This document shows, piece after piece, positions 57,604-64,000 of a DNA stretch of 64,000 bases. Source of the DNA: a virus; the IMG/VR virus record IMGVR_UViG_3300050821_005389, positions 1-64,000 of that record; one strand, 5' to 3'. A model generated the notes under the pieces. That model was not told the DNA's origin. It saw only the letters and a program-made list of their open reading frames with translations, and did not search any database. Made by a program: the position numbers and the translations under genes. The first letter of the stretch is position 1. Each line of letters opens with the position of its first letter.

Positions 57604-60600
57604 TTAACAACTCCGGTCAACCCAGTCGGTGGCGGAGGAATCGTTCCACTATTGATAATATAAGTCGCTTGGCTCGGTGGCGTCGTGTCGTTAAATCCGG
57701 TCAGCGTGCCGATCGCTGTCAAAACGGTAGTTCCGGTAGCGACTGGTATAGCAGTTCCAATATAAGTTTGAGTCGTTCCGCCGGAACAAACATGGCTAAC
57801 TTCCGTAGGTGTTGAGCCGTCGGTAGTATAGCAAATCGTAACGGAGCCGGGTGTAGTAACAGATAGCGTGACGTTTTGCGATCCCGTATAGGTCCCGCCT
57901 GCGGGAGCGAATGTTACTTGAGAAACGGTCGGTGTAGTTGATTGTTGCTGCTGGTAAGCGAATAAAGCCGCAGTGCAAACCAGTCCACTAGCGCAACTAA
58001 AAGATTGACTCGTAGCCGTTGATAGCGGTTGTGGATAAACCGGCGTTGACGCAAAAAAATTGACCGTTTTATCTGGCGTAACACCGGGTTCCCAACAGCC
58101 AGGACTTTGACCCGTCACCGGATCGAGGGCGGCGTTTAAACCGCCATTGCAAGGATTATTGGCGATTAATCCGGTACCGTTGGTACACTCAATAGTCAAT
58201 GAACTAGTCTGACAGTTATTATGAAATTTCTGCCAATTGACGATTTGCAACCCGTTCGGAGTAGAGTTTCCGCAACCGCCCGCAGCGTTTGAGTTGGCAA
58301 CGCAACTGTACGTTAAGAACCAATACGGCGTAGGATTACCATTTGGTGCCGGCAACAAAAATGGTATCGAAGTGGAACTAGCCCAATTAGTATTGCATGT
58401 CGACGGTCCGTTACAGTGTCCTCCGGCTAATCCGTTCACGGTAAATCCTTGCATGGGTTGCAGCGTTGCAACGTTTGTATCCGGTGTATATTGACTCGTC
58501 AACGCCGAACCCTTTAGAATACAATTATCAGTTACGTAATACTGGTGACTATATCTTTCCTGTGGATACGATCCACCGATCGATTGAACCAATTGTAAAT
58601 ACAATTCGTAATCTGGCTGCCACTCGTTTGCCGCAGTCGTAGAGTTACTAGGTATTCCGATCTTCGGGCCTACGACACCGCACAATCCATATCCCCAGTC
58701 GCCGTAACTGGTCCCGTTTGCTACGCCATTAGGCAAAGAAAGCTTGGCTGGACCACCGGTAAAAGCTGGCGGCGTTGTATTTAAAAAGTGGTGGAAATTG
58801 TCGTAGCCTAATCCGCCGGGATTCCACAAAGTTTTTGGCTGGAAATGTTCTTGGTCGATGTAATTTCCTATGGCATAAGCACTTTGCAGTAAACTACGAT
58901 CGCTCAGTATTTGTGTATTGCTACTCGTCCCGTTTAAAACCCCCGTAAATGTCACTCCACTCCAATCATACCCTCTGATATACTCTTCCGTTTGAGCAAA
59001 TTCAAAAATTCCTTCTTCAAGCTGCGAAGTCATAAAAGCTTTTGTCGTTGCGTGATTCGTAGGATCATCACCCGGTGGAATAGCTGCGTTTATTTGCATC
59101 GTAGCGGCACTCGACGGACCCGGCGAAACTCCGCAAGTTGCTCCGCTACTCAACCCAGTGCAACCCGAAGGCGATCCGGTTCCGGTCGGAGTATTGCTGC
59201 TATACGTGATTGTTACATTTGTTCCAGTTACATATGCTGAAGCGCATCCTACCGGATGGCAATCAAAAGCTACAGGCGTTACGCCCGAGACATAAACTGG
59301 CGTTGGCGATCCCGACGAAGTACTTATTCCGTCACAATTTGCTCCGGTCGAATCTGTCGGATAAACGTTTGTGCAAGCTGCGGTTACTACAGTAGGCGGT
59401 CCTGCACTCGTGACTGAAATCGATGAAATAGGAATCGTAGCGATAAAACTGTCGCTGACTCCATTATATTGAAAACCTCGGACTGGACTGATACCGGAAG
59501 AACACGGTCCGGCGCCTTGTCCGCCGGTGATAAAGCCGTCAGGACAATTAGTAGAGTCTGTCAACCCTAAAGGAAAGCCGGCGTCTATTTGAGGATTCTG
59601 GACAACGTAAGCTATGATATTTTCACCAGCCAAGGAAATACCAGTAGCTTTTCCAACAGGAGTTATCAACGGGTGAGGATAAGTATAAGGCGTATATGTA
59701 TAAACGACCGGACATCCCGCCGATTGATCTGCCGCCGATTCGCATCGATTCAGTGTTGCGGGTGCACTAGCCGGAAGGACTAAATCGCAAGGATTATGAT
59801 TCGGAGATACGGAAGCACAAGCACCTACGCTAGCCCCTGATTGAATATAGGTCGTATTTCCGTTGAATAATTTCCATAAAGCCGTATTGCCAGAAATACC
59901 CCAAATGTAAGCAGGACTTGATGTTTGATTGATACCTCTACCTATTTGAGTTTGCAAAGGATAAGTCGCCCCAGGCTGGCAATCTTCGGTATACTCAAAC
60001 GCTCCTTGAATAGTGTTACCGCCGGTTACCGTTTCATTAAATTCTATTCCACTACCGCCGCGGAGAGAAGTATAGTTTGATTGGTTAATTCCGGCAAATG
60101 TATTATACGTGTTGTTGTAAAGCTCCCAAAAACGAGTACTGTTTTCTGAATCAGTAGGTGTACAAGAAACCGATCCTCCGCTACCGTGTGCGTCAAACTG
60201 CATGTTATTTAATGTGTTGTGGCGAGCTGTTATGCGAGCAGCACTAAAATTTTCAATGCACGAAGACGCGTCGAAGAATCCACTAGTTGATAAATAGGTA
60301 CAAGTATTATCTTCAAAAAATCCCGATACCGGACCGCCCGGAACATAATCATTCGTCCATCCAGTAGGAAAAGTTCCGAACCAAGAATTATGAACTAACT
60401 CATCTGATCCGTGATGGGCAGTCAGAGTGTTATGATCCATTAACCAGGCGCCACCGCCAGAAAAAGCTACGATTGTTCCTTGCGCTGCCGGCGAACCGTC
60501 ATCAAAAGTATTGTGATCGAGTCTAAATGTAGCTCCTGTCGTTGAATTACCAGTATTAACATGAATCGCAGACTGCCCGTTATTTAATGATCCGGTGAAA

Positions 60601-63600
60601 TTAAAATTTGTAATTCGTTGAAGTCCTGTAGCTGGAGTTGTCACAACAACGGCCGATAAATTCCCGTTGTTAGTTGTACCCATATTAATATTTGCTCCAC
60701 CGCCATCTATAGTAATTAAATTAGAAGCGGTAAGAGTCAGCGGACTGGTCAATGTCCAAGTACAGTTTCCGCCGGGTACATATACCGTATCGCCTGCGGT
60801 AGATAGATTTATTTGCGTCGTAATATCCGAAACTGAACACGACGCTGCTGTACGGGCTACGCCAGTACCAAAACCACCGGGACAAGGAGAATTTGTATCG
60901 CCGGTAGTAGGATAATTCGCATTTCCTGTATCATAAGAAAATCTGCAAAGTTCACTGATCCAATGCAAAGCATGACCCGTCGCTCGAGTCACACCCATAT
61001 TCCCGTGTCCGGGATTCGGGCCAGTCAATCCGTTGCTATAGCCAAGTTGTAGATTGAATCGATCGTAACCACCTTGGTGAATTGAATCCAGCAGGTTACG
61101 ATCACCAGTAAGATAATACCACTCGACAATTCCCGCCGGCCAGCAATGGTCTAGGCTGGTTAATTCGTCGCACCAGTTCTCTATACCCATATTTGCGGTA
61201 TTAGTTCCGGCTGGAAGAATCATTTGTATTTTTTGCGGCCAGCCCCATTGGTCAAACGTATTGGCTGGACACGACGGCGCGGCTGGAGTTCCAGTACACA
61301 ACGATCGCCAATGACCTGTCCAATCCGAATGAGGCAATGCCGTATCAGCGACGTTAGTAATAAAGTTTAATCCGTAAGCGTATCTTCCGGGAACGCTTCC
61401 TGAAGTAGTGTTATATCCTCGTTGAATCCAATTCTGTATAAAAGATTCCATTACGTCGTGTTGATTACCAGCGCCGGCTTCGCCCCAAAGATACGCCGGA
61501 TAAACCGCCATATCAACGGGTTGAGTTCCTTTAGCCGTAATTGGGTAAGCAATACTTGTTGCCGTTGACGGCGTGTTATTCGAACCAAATTTCAATGTCG
61601 TCGAGGTAACAGCGGTTACTGTCAACGTAGCAGGTGAACAACCACCGGTACAACCGTAAAATGATACGACGGTTGCCGGACTACTTGAATATGCGTCCGT
61701 AGTATTCGGAACAGTAATTGTAGGAGTCCCGGCACCGCTCGTAATGGCTACTACGTTCTGTTGATCTTGAACGTCGTCTAAGCATTGGCCGGGGCTATTA
61801 GCTACCGTCTGACTACATGCTAATCCTATGCTCAGGTGATACGCATCTTCCTGCGAAGGATCAGGAATTTGATTCGGAAAGAAACAAACCGGTGTACTGG
61901 CCGAACAAGCTTGGTTATAATAAGCTACGGGTGCTCGAGCTATCAAAGGATGTTGAAAATCTAAAAACTCTTCGTTAGCCGCAGCGTAGTTTGATCCACT
62001 GACTACAGCGGGGTGGAAAAACCACAAAGTATTTGTATCGTTGCAATAATACGTATAACTGCAAACATAATCTTGTCCACCACCACCAAGGAATAAAGAT
62101 TGATCAGGAGCGATCGCAACGTGAAGTTCGGCGCCGCCAGAAGCTAGTTCAAGAGCCTTCGGCCAATGTGCTGCTAAATCGTCTATACCAATTTCTACGC
62201 CTTGAACACCATTGTCAACGTCAGCCCAACCCGCAGGATATTGGCTGGCTTGGCCTGAAAATTGAGTAGTTTGGGTTCCTATCGTGCCTAGATTAATCTG
62301 ATAACCGCATTGCGTATAAAACCAGCCTGTCGTCAAACCCGGACACGGCGTGCCTGTTGATCTAGCAATCGGAGACGTAAAACAATCCCAATTATTTGCC
62401 GCCGTGGTTGTTCCTGTGGCATTACATTGTGGTAAACCATTTGAAGCTGTTGCTATATCGGATGCTAAATGCTTATTCTGAAAACCAGTAGTAAGATCGG
62501 CGACTTGAGTTCCAGATAAGGTTGTGCCGGTTGTTGGAACCGTAGTGTGATTTCCTATACCCCAATTGGCGTTAACGCTTAATCCCGCCCATGTTACAAT
62601 TAATTCGGCCGATTTATATTGCTTATATGCGGTTTGAAGATCGTTACCAGGCGCTGTTAAAGAACCGGGTTGCTGCGCATTTTGTGGACAGACGGATACT
62701 ATTTTTACGTCAGAGCGACCAGCGTAAAAGTGCATTCGGACGTGACAAGCTACATAAGTATCACCTGACCCGTCGTTCGGTAGCGTGTTGACTAAAATAG
62801 CCGTTCGCATACTTCCGGCTTCTTCAATCGTAGCTGTACTAGTCGAGTCTTGGTTAGATAGATACGCCGTGTTACATCCTGCGGCGCAGCTAACTTGGTT
62901 TGTTACGCCGGATTGTCCCGGCGTTGGACCTAGAATTCTTATACCGTCGTTAGCGCCGTGGCTTCCCGTAGCGACAAAATGGTAAATTCCCGTACCCGCT
63001 GTCGTGCAGGCTAGATTGCCGCAATTGATATCTACGGCGTCGAATAAATTAAAATTATTTTTCTTAATGCTAAAACAAGCTGAGATTGCTGAAGGGCTGC
63101 AAACACCGTTCGACGTTGCTGCCGCACCGATCGTACGAACTATAATATGATTGCTGTCCGGACAATAAAGATCCGGCGTATTAGGTGCCGTACAATTTAT
63201 AGCTAGATTCGCAGATGGCTGGTTTCCTCCTGTTGCTGGCGTATACGTCAGAACATGACTGCTGTCTACGCCAGTAGGTCCGGAAGTAAATGTAGATTCT
63301 TGAAAATCGGCCAAAAGTACTTTAGTTTTTCCTGAAGGCCAATTAGCCAGAATCTGACAACTCCAATTTTGCGCTACGCTATTTACTTGAAGTTGAAAAT
63401 CTTGACAGCCATTCGCCCCGACAGATTCTGCTACAGGAACTCCTACTGTAACGGGAAGATTTGTATCTGTACCGGACGGACAAGTCGATCCGGGCCAGCA
63501 CTTATTTTGAACTGTCAAAGGAGCTAAAGCACCCGATGATGTAATCGGCACAGGCAGCATCCAAATTTGTTCAGCATTCGCGCCGGAGATAGTGGCGTTT

Positions 63601-64000
63601 TTCACGAATGCCACGAAGCAACCAGCGATAGTTTGGTGCAGCGGCGCTTGATTGCAATTGAAGGCATCCGTAACGTTGGGATCAAAGGCTCCGGTAGCAT
63701 TAAAGTTAGTCGGAGAATTGTTTTGGCAGGAGTTATTGGATAGCGCAGTACAAAACGTATTCTTGAATCCGGTCGGACCGGTAGGCGACGTAAGCGACGA
63801 TATATTTAAATCAGTCCAGGTTCCCGCTTGCCACTGGGCTAATGTAGTGCTGCCGCAACTTCCACCGCTGGGCCTGAACGCCCAAGTATGCGCCGCCGGA
63901 GCCTGACCGTCTACTAACATGACTTCATTAAGCGAACAAATATAGCTCATTAACGGATTCATAGTAGGCGGCGGTTGATTGACTGGACAGCTCGAATAGC
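57600..64000 (-). CDS. Very large Cys/Thr/Gly-rich modular protein (5' end beyond window), probable carbohydrate-active or adhesin protein
   Basis: Frame stays open to 64000; C-terminal TFAPAGGTYTGSQNVTLS...ICYTTDGSTP chitobiase/Fn3-associated motif and PPPPTGLTGVVN end. Confidence 0.8.
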   Translation of the reverse strand, partial: YSSCPVNQPPPTMNPLMSYICSLNEVMLVDGQAPAAHTWAFRPSGGSCGSTTLAQWQAGTWTDLNISSLTSPTGPTGFKNTFCTALSNNSCQNNSPTNFNATGAFDPNVTDAFNCNQAPLHQTIAGCFVAFVKNATISGANAEQIWMLPVPITSSGALAPLTVQNKCWPGSTCPSGTDTNLPVTVGVPVAESVGANGCQDFQLQVNSVAQNWSCQILANWPSGKTKVLLADFQESTFTSGPTGVDSSHVLTYTPATGGNQPSANLAINCTAPNTPDLYCPDSNHIIVRTIGAAATSNGVCSPSAISACFSIKKNNFNLFDAVDINCGNLACTTAGTGIYHFVATGSHGANDGIRILGPTPGQSGVTNQVSCAAGCNTAYLSNQDSTSTATIEEAGSMRTAILVNTLPNDGSGDTYVACHVRMHFYAGRSDVKIVSVCPQNAQQPGSLTAPGNDLQTAYKQYKSAELIVTWAGLSVNANWGIGNHTTVPTTGTTLSGTQVADLTTGFQNKHLASDIATASNGLPQCNATGTTTAANNWDCFTSPIARSTGTPCPGLTTGWFYTQCGYQINLGTIGTQTTQFSGQASQYPAGWADVDNGVQGVEIGIDDLAAHWPKALELASGGAELHVAIAPDQSLFLGGGGQDYVCSYTYYCNDTNTLWFFHPAVVSGSNYAAANEEFLDFQHPLIARAPVAYYNQACSASTPVCFFPNQIPDPSQEDAYHLSIGLACSQTVANSPGQCLDDVQDQQNVVAITSGAGTPTITVPNTTDAYSSSPATVVSFYGCTGGCSPATLTVTAVTSTTLKFGSNNTPSTATSIAYPITAKGTQPVDMAVYPAYLWGEAGAGNQHDVMESFIQNWIQRGYNTTSGSVPGRYAYGLNFITNVADTALPHSDWTGHWRSLCTGTPAAPSCPANTFDQWGWPQKIQMILPAGTNTANMGIENWCDELTSLDHCWPAGIVEWYYLTGDRNLLDSIHQGGYDRFNLQLGYSNGLTGPNPGHGNMGVTRATGHALHWISELCRFSYDTGNANYPTTGDTNSPCPGGFGTGVARTAASCSVSDITTQINLSTAGDTVYVPGGNCTWTLTSPLTLTASNLITIDGGGANINMGTTNNGNLSAVVVTTPATGLQRITNFNFTGSLNNGQSAIHVNTGNSTTGATFRLDHNTFDDGSPAAQGTIVAFSGGGAWLMDHNTLTAHHGSDELVHNSWFGTFPTGWTNDYVPGGPVSGFFEDNTCTYLSTSGFFDASSCIENFSAARITARHNTLNNMQFDAHGSGGSVSCTPTDSENSTRFWELYNNTYNTFAGINQSNYTSLRGGSGIEFNETVTGGNTIQGAFEYTEDCQPGATYPLQTQIGRGINQTSSPAYIWGISGNTALWKLFNGNTTYIQSGASVGACASVSPNHNPCDLVLPASAPATLNRCESAADQSAGCPVVYTYTPYTYPHPLITPVGKATGISLAGENIIAYVVQNPQIDAGFPLGLTDSTNCPDGFITGGQGAGPCSSGISPVRGFQYNGVSDSFIATIPISSISVTSAGPPTVVTAACTNVYPTDSTGANCDGISTSSGSPTPVYVSGVTPVAFDCHPVGCASAYVTGTNVTITYSSNTPTGTGSPSGCTGLSSGATCGVSPGPSSAATMQINAAIPPGDDPTNHATTKAFMTSQLEEGIFEFAQTEEYIRGYDWSGVTFTGVLNGTSSNTQILSDRSLLQSAYAIGNYIDQEHFQPKTLWNPGGLGYDNFHHFLNTTPPAFTGGPAKLSLPNGVANGTSYGDWGYGLCGVVGPKIGIPSNSTTAANEWQPDYELYLQLVQSIGGSYPQERYSHQYYVTDNCILKGSALTSQYTPDTNVATLQPMQGFTVNGLAGGHCNGPSTCNTNWASSTSIPFLLPAPNGNPTPYWFLTYSCVANSNAAGGCGNSTPNGLQIVNWQKFHNNCQTSSLTIECTNGTGLIANNPCNGGLNAALDPVTGQSPGCWEPGVTPDKTVNFFASTPVYPQPLSTATSQSFSCASGLVCTAALFAYQQQQSTTPTVSQVTFAPAGGTYTGSQNVTLSVTTPGSVTICYTTDGSTPTEVSHVCSGGTTQTYIGTAIPVATGTTVLTAIGTLTGFNDTTPPSQATYIINSGTIPPPPTGLTGVVN

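Overview
This window is about 64 kb of a tailed dsDNA phage genome with a podovirus-like gene set. The host may be Acidobacteriota, but this rests only on Fn3/chitobiase-type domain motifs. Bases 1-4450 hold small minus-strand early-type genes behind sigma70-like promoters. Bases 4450-5400 are a non-coding strand switch with a long imperfect inverted repeat. The plus-strand late region (5400-57600) encodes a lipoprotein, peptidases, GroES, terminase large subunit, portal, scaffold, major capsid protein, sugar-modifying enzymes, tail adaptor/nozzle, ejection proteins (one with an SLT domain), a Clp-type ATPase and Fn3-like proteins. A >2100-aa minus-strand protein runs off the right edge. Main hidden signals: (1) a conserved two-hairpin kissing-loop element with complementary, covarying 7-nt loops that buries the Shine-Dalgarno sequence of all six free-standing nuclease genes (GIY-YIG-like, three EndoVII-like, two HNH-type); (2) three compact ORF-less group I introns that split the major capsid gene, including a 33-nt exon; (3) a LAGLIDADG intein in a dTDP-glucose 4,6-dehydratase and a C-terminal Hint domain in a virion-region protein. 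No database searches were run; all calls come from reading motifs and base-pairing by eye.
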